From IMG/VR virus record IMGVR_UViG_3300030117_006141, positions 1 through 64,000 of that record: DNA of 64,000 nt. One strand, given 5' to 3'. A program made the translations under genes and the position numbers. The number at the start of each line of letters is the position of its first letter. Positions within the stretch are counted from its first letter, which is position 1. The notes beneath the pieces are model-generated. The model saw nothing but the letters and a program-made list of their open reading frames with translations, did not search any database and had not been told where the DNA came from. Below, piece by piece: positions 19,601-29,535 of this stretch. The DNA comes from a virus.

Positions 19601-22021
19601 TGATATAGCTATAGTTCCATCACCCGAACCTGATATAAAAGATGTTCTTTCACTACCTAAGAAAAATTTGTCTGTTGTGATATCTAATTCACCACCTGCT
19701 CCTGCGCTTGAACCTGTTTTAGTTCTAAATCTTATCCATGATGAAGATCCGACTAATTCCATACCCACCCCATAATAAGGTTGGCCTGCATATTCTTTGC
19801 CGTCAGCTCCAATAGACCCTGACCATATTATTATACCACCACCGCCTGAACCTGTTGCTTGATTAAATCCTGGATATGTTGGGTTTGTTGTTCTCAGTAT
19901 AGCAGAACTCATACCTGAAAATGAAAATCCAACATCAGTCGCGTCAGGTCCTATATTAAATACTCCTGGTAATAATGCTTCTTCTATGTATGTATTGGAA
20001 CCTGAGAAGTGCATACTGTGTGTAACCAAATATACATTATTTTTGTTTCCTTCACCGTCGTAAAATTCCCATTTGAAATCTAATAAATCATTCATTTTTT
20101 CATTCGGAATGTGACTTAATAAAAATGTATGATTTGGTGTAAATCCAGGTAATGCTACTGATTTAATAGATAATTTACTTATATCCCACATCCCAGCTTT
20201 AACTTGAAAGACGGGAACACCTGTTCCATTTCTGTCTGCCTTAAATGTATAAGTTTGGGTTTGAGGATCCGGAATAATGTTTGCACCAGCTACAGACCAG
20301 AAGGTTTTACCGGATTGTTGTTGATTTGTACTTGTCTGTCCCGAAAATGCCGGACTCGCTGCCAAACCTCCATTATTATTAGCCATATTATTTGAATCAA
20401 ACGTCCAATTGCCTGTCTCATCAGCCGTTATCCCAAGGCCTGGAATAAAGTTTGGATTTGTTAGTGTTTCTGCGACCTGTTCTTGCCAAGTACTAAATGT
20501 ATTTTCTTCTCCGAGTGATACTATTTTTTTACCTAATGTTGGATCCGTAATCTGCCCATTCGCATCAACATTATCAAATGAAGATCCTGACATGAAAACA
20601 ATCATTTCAGGTGGAAATCCATCATATAGATCCGTGGTGTGGGCATAATTAAATGATATTTGATAATCACACCCAGCATAAAATGTTAATGGTATAGTGC
20701 AGTTTGTTCTAATATATGCATTTTCTCTATCCGCGGCGGTAACTAATCCATCTGATAATTCTTCACTACCAGATATCCTAAGAGAATCCATCATGGACGA
20801 AGATTGTCTACTTAAAAACGGTTTGCCGAAAGAATTATCATACCCCACTCCTGAAGATGTCCAATATGTATTTACAGTATATTCATCAGCAAAGAATCCC
20901 ATTTTTTTAGTTAATTCGTGGGAGTTCCCATCTATAAGTAATTCTTTAAAATTTAGATTATCATCACCAATTTTTTCCCATTCTGTAAATCCAGCGGATC
21001 TCATTTTAGTTGTGACCCTTTCCACATCACCAGCAATTGGTTCTAAATTAGCTAAAGTTACTAAGGCATAAGATTCAACATTTCCAGAACCTGTTGTATA
21101 TGTTGGCGTTTGAATATAATCTAATGTAAATGCACTGGGTAAAACAGTATTTACCAAATAAGAAGCATGTTGTGTTGTATCGTATATGGGAACTTGGTAA
21201 GAGAACCACCCCCCACCAGTAAAATACCCTGCAATAAATGTTTCTGATACATTTAGCAATTCATATGGATGATTAACTATTGCCTGACTCGAGTTGATAA
21301 CTTGTTGGATGTATCCATCGTATGCCTGTGGTGTGTTTGATGAACCGTCTGGGGCTGTTGCGTCTAGAGCAAAACCACTAGGTAAATTATAAATTGGATT
21401 TTGTATTATTAAATGTCCACCCTCGTGTTCTGAAGTCCAGTTAAATCCAATCGCGTATGCATGTGTTGTTGTCACGCCGTTTGCAATAGTAGTCACCAAC
21501 TCAACAGTTCCTGTAGAAATCTGGGTTTCTGCTGTATTTCCTACGGCATATCCTTGATTAAGAAATTCCTTACGCTTTTCTTGCACGAATGCTTTTGGTT
21601 TTCTACCAAATACGATAGGGGTGATGTTTGGGCTATAAGGATCTATCTGTATTAATCTTTTCCATCTTACAGTTCGTCCACTTCGAAGTTTAGCAACTAA
21701 CGTAATAATACCATTACCTATAGGGGTCCATGGGTATACCCATAAAGTTAACATTCTATTACCAGAAACGCCATACCAATTAGGCACCTCCATATAGACG
21801 TTACTCCCATCAACAGCTACGCATTCAAATTTGATTTCAGAATTTGGTTTAAATGCTAAACTATTTCCGGCTAATAAAAAGGCATTCTTTCCAGCAGTAA
21901 GTTTTTTAGGAAATTGAGTTATCCTAAAATAATCGGGTGAGTTAAAAGAAGTGTCTTCTATTAAATCACTATACTTCTGAAGATGTAGTCCTTGATATTT
22001 GCTTTTTTTGATAAATCCCAT
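16700..22021 (-). CDS. Large tail protein with G.I[AG]GW repeats and a LamG/concanavalin-like domain
   Basis: 1773 aa. Repeats GTIGGFTI, GTIGGWTI and GKIAGWKI. LamG-type motifs SFSVWFK, WYHAAGVY, LWLDG and GSIDELRIY. Confidence 0.75.
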   Translation of the reverse strand: MGFIKKSKYQGLHLQKYSDLIEDTSFNSPDYFRITQFPKKLTAGKNAFLLAGNSLAFKPNSEIKFECVAVDGSNVYMEVPNWYGVSGNRMLTLWVYPWTPIGNGIITLVAKLRSGRTVRWKRLIQIDPYSPNITPIVFGRKPKAFVQEKRKEFLNQGYAVGNTAETQISTGTVELVTTIANGVTTTHAYAIGFNWTSEHEGGHLIIQNPIYNLPSGFALDATAPDGSSNTPQAYDGYIQQVINSSQAIVNHPYELLNVSETFIAGYFTGGGWFSYQVPIYDTTQHASYLVNTVLPSAFTLDYIQTPTYTTGSGNVESYALVTLANLEPIAGDVERVTTKMRSAGFTEWEKIGDDNLNFKELLIDGNSHELTKKMGFFADEYTVNTYWTSSGVGYDNSFGKPFLSRQSSSMMDSLRISGSEELSDGLVTAADRENAYIRTNCTIPLTFYAGCDYQISFNYAHTTDLYDGFPPEMIVFMSGSSFDNVDANGQITDPTLGKKIVSLGEENTFSTWQEQVAETLTNPNFIPGLGITADETGNWTFDSNNMANNNGGLAASPAFSGQTSTNQQQSGKTFWSVAGANIIPDPQTQTYTFKADRNGTGVPVFQVKAGMWDISKLSIKSVALPGFTPNHTFLLSHIPNEKMNDLLDFKWEFYDGEGNKNNVYLVTHSMHFSGSNTYIEEALLPGVFNIGPDATDVGFSFSGMSSAILRTTNPTYPGFNQATGSGGGGIIIWSGSIGADGKEYAGQPYYGVGMELVGSSSWIRFRTKTGSSAGAGGELDITTDKFFLGSERTSFISGSGDGTIAISSSNFELGTDGNVTMQGTITAEAGGTIGGFTIGTNDLTATNFTIDSSDKRITLGSGDDVIVADADEGLWVGRDGIDVLDPPPFAVNMQGYLTASKGTIGGWTISNTKLESADGRIRFSSTATGDNISIYKVAGDSADSILQYYSSDFLWGIVGRKDSKVEFELGNPLNQGNSIAGWRFDSEKLTGGNLVLNKGGFISSSNNWHISSSTDNNDPVGFISSSAFKVSADGRMTASAGKIAGWKINGDELQSLGYGGNAGIRLDGDTSTPQILVRRDDDNFIKIHYASATDNGFTAHVNGANVFQAGSTNQIGGWSFNHSQISSSNLVLSSSGTIKTIDFQSSEFGTGKGWKISSDGKAEFEEAKIRGTLSTAVFEKDTVSAVGGQLIIANATAVTGSNITGSTTGAIISAGVSCVVPVDNASGFIANEYVMAKATSSNGFTEEIMKVTATSTVKNANTLTLTRGQNNNIIPSMSAGQTLVSLGSSGTGYIHMNASPSNANTPYMDIVERTGSGYNDTNITARVGDLSGITDNDFSDGVTGHGIYTSNGYFKGKIEVASIPSAPFVSDEEIIHYNFAAGTGSTVINQAAPADNWTMYSGSIQGTVLYGSGSDAVTGTSLKLDEGNNCYIQVEDREAWAPGGSAANVFSQSFSVWFKAKNVAHTEPQIIWEVGGNTAAQAAFVSRSMLYYTSYDNSGDQANEQVVVSSSITSSKWYHAAGVYAKGTSSLWLDGRRVDYKENYSKNSYALTYTGRMGVGACYNDVRLVSNNENPYSAPTFDTGQAPYTGSIDELRIYYGKALSENEIKGLFGVPAGAASPASTIIEGGRIKTGQIQSKNYGTDAGGEIDLDAGTITFGGSATSSFKVTADGLVSATNFSEKYTIITSGNKAQYYENYSDGGNRTRIICDGSLGGDVTLNLQIDVAPDYQIGDIKLPSQGTGIVTHCQLLVNVAGVTLDDGDIAGAPNLMGRN

Positions 22022-22064
22022 TTAGTTTCCCTTTATCTACAATTATTCAAATATAAATATGTAG

Positions 22065-25000
22065 CTAGAGAATTACTTTGCTAAATCCGCTATCTTTCTT
22101 GATATCTATCAGACTGTCTACCACATCCCTAACAGAATCTAAATGCGATATTACCATTAAAAATTCAAATTGAGATTTTAAGTATTCGAATAGCATAAAC
22201 ATTGAATTAAGATTCTCAGAATCGAGATTTCCTAATCCTTCATCTATTGCTAAAAAGTTTGGTCTAGATAAATTTGAAATATTAATTAAAGCCGTTCTAA
22301 TTGCGATAGAAGATATAAACTTTTCCATACCAGATGTCAATTCCAATGGCCAAACTTTATCATCACCATAAGTAATATAAGTATTAATATTTTTACCATC
22401 TAAATTAAACAAAATATTAAATTCAACAATTCTATTTAATATATCATTTACTTCATCTTCAACAATTGGAATTATTTTGGATATCAATTCATATGGGACA
22501 CCATCTCTTTGAATTGCATCTAAATAATATTCATATGCCTTATACTTGTCCTGCAAACTTTCTGCGCGTTTTATTGAGTCTAAGATAGTTTTCTTTGTGT
22601 TTAACGCGACTTCTATACTACCGTGGATAGTTAACAACTCGTCCTCTTTGACTTCTATTTCATTTTCCAAAAGTATTTTTTGATTGCCCAAATCATTTAA
22701 TATATCATTTATTTTTTGATTATGAATTATATCCTTTTTATTTTGGTGATATTTAGATATTTCTGCATTTATTTGTTCTATTGTTTGCTCTGTCTTATTT
22801 AACTTTTCCTTTGCTTTATAATATTCTATCCTTCCAATATTCCTTTCAGATTCTATTCGTTGTATTGTAGAATTATATTTTTGTGCTTCAATAAGTGCAT
22901 CCGAATATTTTTTATTTTTATCCATTATATTATTGGATTCTTCTAAGTCACTTATCAATCTTTTAGCCTTTATTTTATCTGTTTCTAAATCATCTTTGGT
23001 TTTTTTAGCATCCAAAACAAATGGGTTGTTTATGCAATATTTACAGTTAGGATCATACTCATGTTTATCCAAGTGCTTTAATTTATCCAATTTATTTTTA
23101 ACAATTATTTTAATCTTTTCAATTTCATTTTTAAGATTATTACTATTTTTTTCAGCTTCTATATATTTTTTATTTCCGTCTTCTATATCCTTAATATCAC
23201 CCAACTTTGTCAATTTATTATTTGTTTCTGCTAAAATTACTTTATTATTTTTTGATGTTTGTTCGTCTCGTCTAAGCCTTTCTTCTATATTTTTCTTAAT
23301 ATCTTCATTATGTAAGCGATCAAATTCTAGACCTTCAATATCTTCATTTACGTGGCCAATTTTAACAAGTTTGTCCTCATTTTTTGTAATTCTCTTTTCT
23401 AATGTCTTTAGTCTATTTGTTGCAGATGTCTTCTCTTTTTTTGCATCCACTTTTAGATTTTTATTTTCATCAATATTTGCTTCCGCATCTGCTAATTGTT
23501 GTGTAAAATCGGTTTTTTTGAATTCATCAAGAATCGCAGAAACGCCCTTTATCTCATTATTTGCTAAAGTATATAATTCTTCAAAAACAGAGATATCAAG
23601 AAATTGGGCTAAAAGGTCTTTTCGCTCAGATTGTGATTTTTCAATAAACGCAGTATTGTTGTTTTGCACAGATAAAGTTGTTAAAATAAAATCATCATAT
23701 GTTCCAACATAATTACGAATATTTTTATTTGTATCATATCTTTGCTCACCATTTAATGATTCTTCTTGTCCATCGTCATTTATGGTCCAAAAGTTAACTT
23801 TCACGGTAACTTTGCCTTTATGATATCCCTTCAATACTCTATGTGCTTTTCTTTCTATAAAATAATCCTGGCCGTCTATTCTATATTGAAGCTTACAACT
23901 GAAGTTATTTTTCTTATTATTCATAACATCATTTGCGCTCGAAGATCTACTACATCTATCAAATAAACAAAAACATATCGCGTCTAGTAGGGCTGATTTT
24001 CCGCTTGCGTTAGCCGCAAATAGTCCGTAGGTTCCTTTGCAATTTTCAAAATCTAATTCATTATCGGGTCCATATGAAAACATGTTACCAAAAGTAAATT
24101 TTATTGGTTTCCATCTAAGATTTCTAGCAACCTCTACCTGATTCATCTGACCATTTAATTCCTTATTAATCTTAAAAATTTCTTTTGTAATGGAGTCATC
24201 TACAACATAATTTCTATCTAAATAGTCCTTAATTAATTCATTTTGAAAACTGACGTTTCTTACATCACCAATACCATTTTTTAAATCCCTATTACCTATT
24301 TTAGTTTGAGATAATCTATCATTACGCAATACCGTCACATCTTTTAATTTACATTTCTTGCGAACTATTGTTAATAATTTTTTTAATGTTGGTTCATCTG
24401 TATTTGTCAGTCTTACCCTTAATCTTGGTCTTTTGGGGATATGTGTCAGATCGGGTAGTTTACCATCTACAATATCTAATGTGTAGTATGCTTGATCATT
24501 CACAATGCGCTTGAATTCCGATTTTCCATTTGACATATCCCATAACAAATATCCATGATCTATAGGATGTTCTCCAAAATTTTGACAAACAGTCGAACCG
24601 GCATATGCAATTGTTTTTTTGCTATTCAAATATTGATGCTTATGTATATCGCCCAACAAGGTAAAATCATACCCATCAAATGCATTTGTTTTAACATCAC
24701 CCGGCAATCTAAATCCTGCATCTGTTTGTGCATCTGAAACGCATCCGTGGTAAAGAGCAATTTTTTTATTATCGCCCTTTATGTCTGATGCTTTTATATA
24801 ATTCTCAGGCTCATCGAATACTGAGAATACAGTAAAGTCTATATCAGCCATAGTATATACACCCGAATCTTTTAGATAATAAAAATTGTCCAAATTCAGG
24901 GAATCCACTATCGGTGTTAATGCATCGAGTCTACTTGCATTATTCAAATTACAATCATGATTTCCTGCTATAAGGATGGTTGGTCTAATTTTAGATAAAT

Positions 25001-25232
25001 TAGTAAATAGTTCAGATACCATCCTAATCAGCTCAGGTGACATTTCTGTTTTAGCATGAACGATATCGCCTGCTAAATATATCACACTATTTGGATCCAA
25101 ACTATCCTTTAGATCCTTATATAATTTCTTAAATACATTTCGATATTCACCATGTCTTTTCAAATTTCTAATGTGAACATCCGCTATATGTGCTATATGT
25201 TTTATGTTTTCAAATCCAATATCAATTTTCAA
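22065..25232 (-). CDS. Single-chain Mre11/SbcD nuclease - Rad50/SbcC ATPase fusion (T4 gp47+gp46-like)
   Basis: Phosphoesterase motifs ADVH, AGDIVH, AGNHD and LGDIH. ATPase motifs: Walker A ANASGKS, Q-loop, CKYC zinc hook within the coiled coil, signature TSGME, Walker B AIDEG and ISH. Confidence 0.92.
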   Translation of the reverse strand: MKIDIGFENIKHIAHIADVHIRNLKRHGEYRNVFKKLYKDLKDSLDPNSVIYLAGDIVHAKTEMSPELIRMVSELFTNLSKIRPTILIAGNHDCNLNNASRLDALTPIVDSLNLDNFYYLKDSGVYTMADIDFTVFSVFDEPENYIKASDIKGDNKKIALYHGCVSDAQTDAGFRLPGDVKTNAFDGYDFTLLGDIHKHQYLNSKKTIAYAGSTVCQNFGEHPIDHGYLLWDMSNGKSEFKRIVNDQAYYTLDIVDGKLPDLTHIPKRPRLRVRLTNTDEPTLKKLLTIVRKKCKLKDVTVLRNDRLSQTKIGNRDLKNGIGDVRNVSFQNELIKDYLDRNYVVDDSITKEIFKINKELNGQMNQVEVARNLRWKPIKFTFGNMFSYGPDNELDFENCKGTYGLFAANASGKSALLDAICFCLFDRCSRSSSANDVMNNKKNNFSCKLQYRIDGQDYFIERKAHRVLKGYHKGKVTVKVNFWTINDDGQEESLNGEQRYDTNKNIRNYVGTYDDFILTTLSVQNNNTAFIEKSQSERKDLLAQFLDISVFEELYTLANNEIKGVSAILDEFKKTDFTQQLADAEANIDENKNLKVDAKKEKTSATNRLKTLEKRITKNEDKLVKIGHVNEDIEGLEFDRLHNEDIKKNIEERLRRDEQTSKNNKVILAETNNKLTKLGDIKDIEDGNKKYIEAEKNSNNLKNEIEKIKIIVKNKLDKLKHLDKHEYDPNCKYCINNPFVLDAKKTKDDLETDKIKAKRLISDLEESNNIMDKNKKYSDALIEAQKYNSTIQRIESERNIGRIEYYKAKEKLNKTEQTIEQINAEISKYHQNKKDIIHNQKINDILNDLGNQKILLENEIEVKEDELLTIHGSIEVALNTKKTILDSIKRAESLQDKYKAYEYYLDAIQRDGVPYELISKIIPIVEDEVNDILNRIVEFNILFNLDGKNINTYITYGDDKVWPLELTSGMEKFISSIAIRTALINISNLSRPNFLAIDEGLGNLDSENLNSMFMLFEYLKSQFEFLMVISHLDSVRDVVDSLIDIKKDSGFSKVIL

Positions 25233-26149
25233 AACAATTTCCCCATAATTCTTTTTTCCATTAACGAACTTCCAGTTAATGGTCTTGTTTCATGTAACAT
25301 TTTATTAAATATCGAAAATCCTAAATCACTTGGGTCTTTATCCTGCATTTCAACCAAATGAACTCTGATTCCATGATTCAAAAAATAATCACAAATATCT
25401 AATGCCTTAATCAGTGCATCTTTATCTAGTGCTATGTATAATTTTTTAACACGTTTTTCTATAATCTTTTTACGTAATTTATCTAGAACAATTTTACCAA
25501 ATAATGGAATTGCATTTCTTTTTACAGCAATCGCATCGAATGCACCTTCTACAATTGTAATAGGTTCATTCCAATTAATCATTAAATCAAACCCAATAAT
25601 ATCCTTTGAAACCTGTGGATTTTTGTGCTTAAAGTCTGTATTATAATATGCTCTGCCAGTAAAAAAGTTTAATGTTCCTGCTTCATCATAACTTGGAATT
25701 ATTATCTTACCCTTATATTGTCCCCTACTACAAAATCCTATATTATATTTTATAATATCCATATCATCAATACCGCGATTATTTAAGTAATGCAGTGCAT
25801 TTCTAACTTCCGGGTTTTTTATTGATGCATTGTATAGTGGTTCAAATTCATCAGGCAATGATAAAGTATCATACTTTTTTTCTATGTGTTTAGGAATATA
25901 ATCGCCTATACACTCATTTAATTCCTTTATTTGATTTTGTGAAGCATTTGCTTTTTTAAATAATGAGTATAATTTTCTTCCCTTTGCACCGCATACCCAA
26001 CATTGCCACAATTGGGTTAGTAAATTAACCTGTAGCTTTCTTTTATGATGTCTACAAAAGGGGCAGTAAAATGATGACTCGCTATTTCTTAATTGTTTAC
26101 TTTTACCTATAACCCTTTCGATTATATTTAATAAAGATAAATTACCCAT
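25229..26149 (-). CDS. DNA primase (Zn finger plus TOPRIM)
   Basis: CPFC...CWVC, YLNNRG, IIIP, VEGAFD, LDKDA and KDP. Confidence 0.9.
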   Translation of the reverse strand: MGNLSLLNIIERVIGKSKQLRNSESSFYCPFCRHHKRKLQVNLLTQLWQCWVCGAKGRKLYSLFKKANASQNQIKELNECIGDYIPKHIEKKYDTLSLPDEFEPLYNASIKNPEVRNALHYLNNRGIDDMDIIKYNIGFCSRGQYKGKIIIPSYDEAGTLNFFTGRAYYNTDFKHKNPQVSKDIIGFDLMINWNEPITIVEGAFDAIAVKRNAIPLFGKIVLDKLRKKIIEKRVKKLYIALDKDALIKALDICDYFLNHGIRVHLVEMQDKDPSDLGFSIFNKMLHETRPLTGSSLMEKRIMGKLF

Positions 26150-26486
26150 TCGCTTTTTTTATCAAATCTACAAAAGTTTCAAAAGGAATTGCCACGTATG
26201 TTTTAGTTCTATTTCTCTTAAAAACAACAGCTGGATCATATCCTTGATCGTTAGCTTCAGCTTGTTTAATTGCAGACCATATATTTAATTTTTCTTGATT
26301 TTTACACTCGAAAGAAAAAGGTATATGTCTTCTTGCTAACGGGCTCATTTGTAAATCTTCACCCGATTGTCCCATTGCCGTTGATCTAATATCATCGGGT
26401 AATAATTCAGTAAAGGCTTCAACTAATAAGGCTCTAACCTCCTGTTGTAACCTTCTACCTTTAGCTTTTGCAGATGATGTCTTCAT
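26142..26486 (-). CDS. Holliday junction resolvase-like PD-(D/E)xK nuclease
   Basis: AKAKGRRLQQ, GED, SFECKNQE and QA. Confidence 0.8.
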   Translation of the reverse strand: MKTSSAKAKGRRLQQEVRALLVEAFTELLPDDIRSTAMGQSGEDLQMSPLARRHIPFSFECKNQEKLNIWSAIKQAEANDQGYDPAVVFKRNRTKTYVAIPFETFVDLIKKANG

Positions 26487-26514
26487 ACATAACTCCTTAA
26501 TTTTTTTCCTTATT

Positions 26515-26546
26515 TTAATATAAGAAAATTATTTGAATTAACCAAA
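26515..26546 (-). promoter_or_regulatory. Host-type promoter of the resolvase-primase-Mre11/Rad50 operon
   Basis: TTTGG-N17-CTTATATTAA upstream of 26486. Confidence 0.7.
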
Positions 26547-26548
26547 TT

Positions 26549-28408
26549 TTATCGATCAAATCTTATAACTATTGTAGTGTCCATATTTTTAGGTTTTTTT
26601 ATTGGTGTCGCCATTTTAGCAACTGCTAATAAATCAAATTCATCATTATATAATCCAACGGATGTTATGTACGGTGAAAAATTTGAAGATGATGCAAATC
26701 CTTTCATTCTATAATCTTTTATAGAATTATCTATTCTAAGAGTCGGGTTCATTGATGATTCAAATTCATCATCCTTAATATGACAATAATATTCCGATTC
26801 ATATATAGTGTGTTTATTTTGGAAGTTTATATACCATTTAGATGTATCACTAAACATATTAGTATAAGGTTCTCTTGGATCAGTAATCACCGCTAAACCA
26901 TAATCATAAAAAATATTACCTACTATATTTGTATTGGTAATACTAGATGATAATATCTGTAATGATGCTGATGGTATGGCTGAGTTATATAATCTTAGTT
27001 CATCTATAGAGCCCGTAAATGGTCGTATCATATTTTCCACGCTCGTTTTATATTTTATTCCTCCTCCCATTGAATCTCTATATACCATCGGTTCATAATC
27101 ACTTAACAACTCAGCACTGCCTTCCAAAAGACCCGGTCTAGATGAATAAAATGATTCATATGCTGGGATGTGTCTTGCTGCGCCTATTTGGATTGGTGCA
27201 TCCGATATTGTCGATAAAGATGTGTCAGTAAAATCATTCACTAGTCCCTTTCTTTGACCATTACAATACATTTCCAATTTAGAGCCTGTTTTTTGAAACA
27301 AAAAATGTCTCCAAGTATTATCATTATATTTATCAGCAGATATAATTGTTTTTGTGGTAACACCTGTTGATCTTCTAAAGATAATTTTACCATCATTTGA
27401 ACCCCATGAATTACCTACTGAAATTTCAAATGGATACGGAAGACCGTCTTTTTGTTTCTTAGAAATAATTACATTTTCTGTATGATTACTTAATGGTCTT
27501 CTTTTTACAAAATACGTGTTACCGTCTCCAGCTGGTAGGTTTTTGTAGGATTCAAAGGCTCCTTCTCTACTTTGACTAACAGACTGACTTGTTGGTATTT
27601 TCAACCACATTCCAATTGCAAATTCTTGATCAATCCCCAGTCTTGTTTGTTCAGGGCCCTGTCTTTTTGCTAATACATAACTTCCACTTACACCTTGCGT
27701 ATTTAATGCATACCCATTCATTCCCTTTTTATATTTTACCTTATGAGATGATACATTATATGGATAGGGGCCTTTATAATCTAATCCACGTTTTTCACCA
27801 TAATATCTACCTTGAGATATAGGGTTGTCAACAGGATTGTCATATCTAAATCCATCACTAAAGGGTATATGAATCATTAAATTTTCTTTACCAACCATAC
27901 TACTTGTAGATATTGTTTTGTCTATCAAATTAGTATATCCATCATCCTCTAATCTTATTGTTGGGGTCACTCCACTATCCATTATTTTTATAGTATTAGC
28001 TTTTATACCTTCTCCCCATAATGATTGGGGAATTGATATTATATGGGCTTGTGAATGCAAATCTCTATGTTGTCTACCGGGATCATTCATTTGACATGGT
28101 TGGGCATTTACATCATTTTCCATGCCTCTAGAGTTATATCTATAAAACAATTGGTCTATATTAGAATGTAATATAAATTTATAACGTGTATTCGATACAG
28201 GTTCAGATGATGATGCTGATATAAATGAATTCTTAGAAGCAGAAGAAAAAGATGCTATATAATGATTAGAACCAGTAATTAGACTTCCCGTTAATTGTAT
28301 CGATGCATTTAACGCTCCGCCTGTTACAGTCCAAACCTTATTAGCCACAAATGGTTGAAGAGATACATCTTCTGGTTTGAATGATTTAAAATATCCTATT
28401 TTTGCCAT
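26549..28408 (-). CDS. Virion/baseplate protein with LamG-like domain
   Basis: FAIGMWLK, WRHF, MYCNG and GSIDELRLY. The C-terminal PYITSVGLYN..LLAVAK is shared with 28488..29522. Confidence 0.7.
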   Translation of the reverse strand: MAKIGYFKSFKPEDVSLQPFVANKVWTVTGGALNASIQLTGSLITGSNHYIASFSSASKNSFISASSSEPVSNTRYKFILHSNIDQLFYRYNSRGMENDVNAQPCQMNDPGRQHRDLHSQAHIISIPQSLWGEGIKANTIKIMDSGVTPTIRLEDDGYTNLIDKTISTSSMVGKENLMIHIPFSDGFRYDNPVDNPISQGRYYGEKRGLDYKGPYPYNVSSHKVKYKKGMNGYALNTQGVSGSYVLAKRQGPEQTRLGIDQEFAIGMWLKIPTSQSVSQSREGAFESYKNLPAGDGNTYFVKRRPLSNHTENVIISKKQKDGLPYPFEISVGNSWGSNDGKIIFRRSTGVTTKTIISADKYNDNTWRHFLFQKTGSKLEMYCNGQRKGLVNDFTDTSLSTISDAPIQIGAARHIPAYESFYSSRPGLLEGSAELLSDYEPMVYRDSMGGGIKYKTSVENMIRPFTGSIDELRLYNSAIPSASLQILSSSITNTNIVGNIFYDYGLAVITDPREPYTNMFSDTSKWYINFQNKHTIYESEYYCHIKDDEFESSMNPTLRIDNSIKDYRMKGFASSSNFSPYITSVGLYNDEFDLLAVAKMATPIKKPKNMDTTIVIRFDR

Positions 28409-28487
28409 ATATTGATTTCCTTAAAATAAAAGCTTCTCTATAATAAATATAAAGAAGCCATATTTTTTAAGAATTATATAACTATAA

Positions 28488-29522
28488 TTAGTATTCTAAT
28501 TTTACTTTAATTAAAGCTTCTCTTGAAAAACTTTTTAGTAATGGTTTACTAAGCTTGGCTACGGCAAGTAATTCATTTGCATTATTATACATACCAACTG
28601 TTGTAATATAAACTTGTGGGTTTTGCTTCATTGTCGCATGTTTTAGACTTCCATTAGAACCAGTAACAAATGAAGGATTATTACTATAATTATAATCTTT
28701 ATTTTTTACTCTTACAAAATAATATGCACATGTTAATTGTTGAGCGTTTCTAGCTTTAAACGATGCTCCTCCTTTTACGTGATTATAAAATTTAGCCGGT
28801 TCTGCTGGTGTATCTGCCGTATTAGATCCACTTCTTCTACCCCTAGTAGCTACAATACCCATAGAACTAGATGAAATCAATCCTGCATCAAATATTAAAA
28901 TTCCTTGTTCAGGATACACCTTTCCGTATCTAGTTTTATTGTTTGTATGAGCTCCAGTTGTTCCTATTGAACCACTAATAATATCATAACTAGCTCCTGC
29001 AGTTCCAATTTCTCCTGCTGCATCTGCACTGTTATCTATAAATTTTACGGGTGCTTTACCAACTGAACCTGATAATGTTAGTTCCCAATTTCCTGGGTCT
29101 AGTGCTTCTTTTGCCCTAGCTCTATTGAAATTAATAACAAATATTTCTTTAACGGATCTTGTATTTCCGGCACCATCAGTTGTTGTCCAAGTAGTTGTTC
29201 CATCATCTAATAATAATTGTTTATATTGCGAGAATATAGCTTTTGTTGGAGAATCTCCAGCTCGTCCACCTGTTGTTTTATATGATCCACTGCCGTCTAT
29301 ATTTCCATATGCCACAGAAAATTGAGGTACAGCTGTAGTATCTGAATTGATATCTTTATCATATATTTCTAAGTAATAATTACCTGAGCTACCGCTCTGT
29401 GTAGATGATGTAAAAAATGTTGCTAGTGTAGCACTATTATCTGACCATGCTGTTGATGTAACTATTTCCTGTTTTCCATAAATTGTGTCATCGCTCGTAA
29501 ATGCTTGATATATCTTAGCCAT
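28488..29522 (-). CDS. Virion/baseplate protein
   Basis: C-terminal VYITTVGMYN..ELLAVAKLSKP is paralogous to the neighbouring gene. Confidence 0.65.
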   Translation of the reverse strand: MAKIYQAFTSDDTIYGKQEIVTSTAWSDNSATLATFFTSSTQSGSSGNYYLEIYDKDINSDTTAVPQFSVAYGNIDGSGSYKTTGGRAGDSPTKAIFSQYKQLLLDDGTTTWTTTDGAGNTRSVKEIFVINFNRARAKEALDPGNWELTLSGSVGKAPVKFIDNSADAAGEIGTAGASYDIISGSIGTTGAHTNNKTRYGKVYPEQGILIFDAGLISSSSMGIVATRGRRSGSNTADTPAEPAKFYNHVKGGASFKARNAQQLTCAYYFVRVKNKDYNYSNNPSFVTGSNGSLKHATMKQNPQVYITTVGMYNNANELLAVAKLSKPLLKSFSREALIKVKLEY

Positions 29523-29535
29523 TTTTTAATTTCTC

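Noticed and set aside
10187-22021. Diversity-generating retroelement or invertible tail-fibre cassette
   Set aside because: No reverse transcriptase, recombinase or near-identical nucleotide repeat pair was seen. The repeats are degenerate and at the protein level.
26510-28429. TTATTTTAA/TTAAAATAA inverted repeat around the 619-aa gene
   Set aside because: It is an A/T-only 9-mer overlapping a promoter and is expected by chance in this genome.
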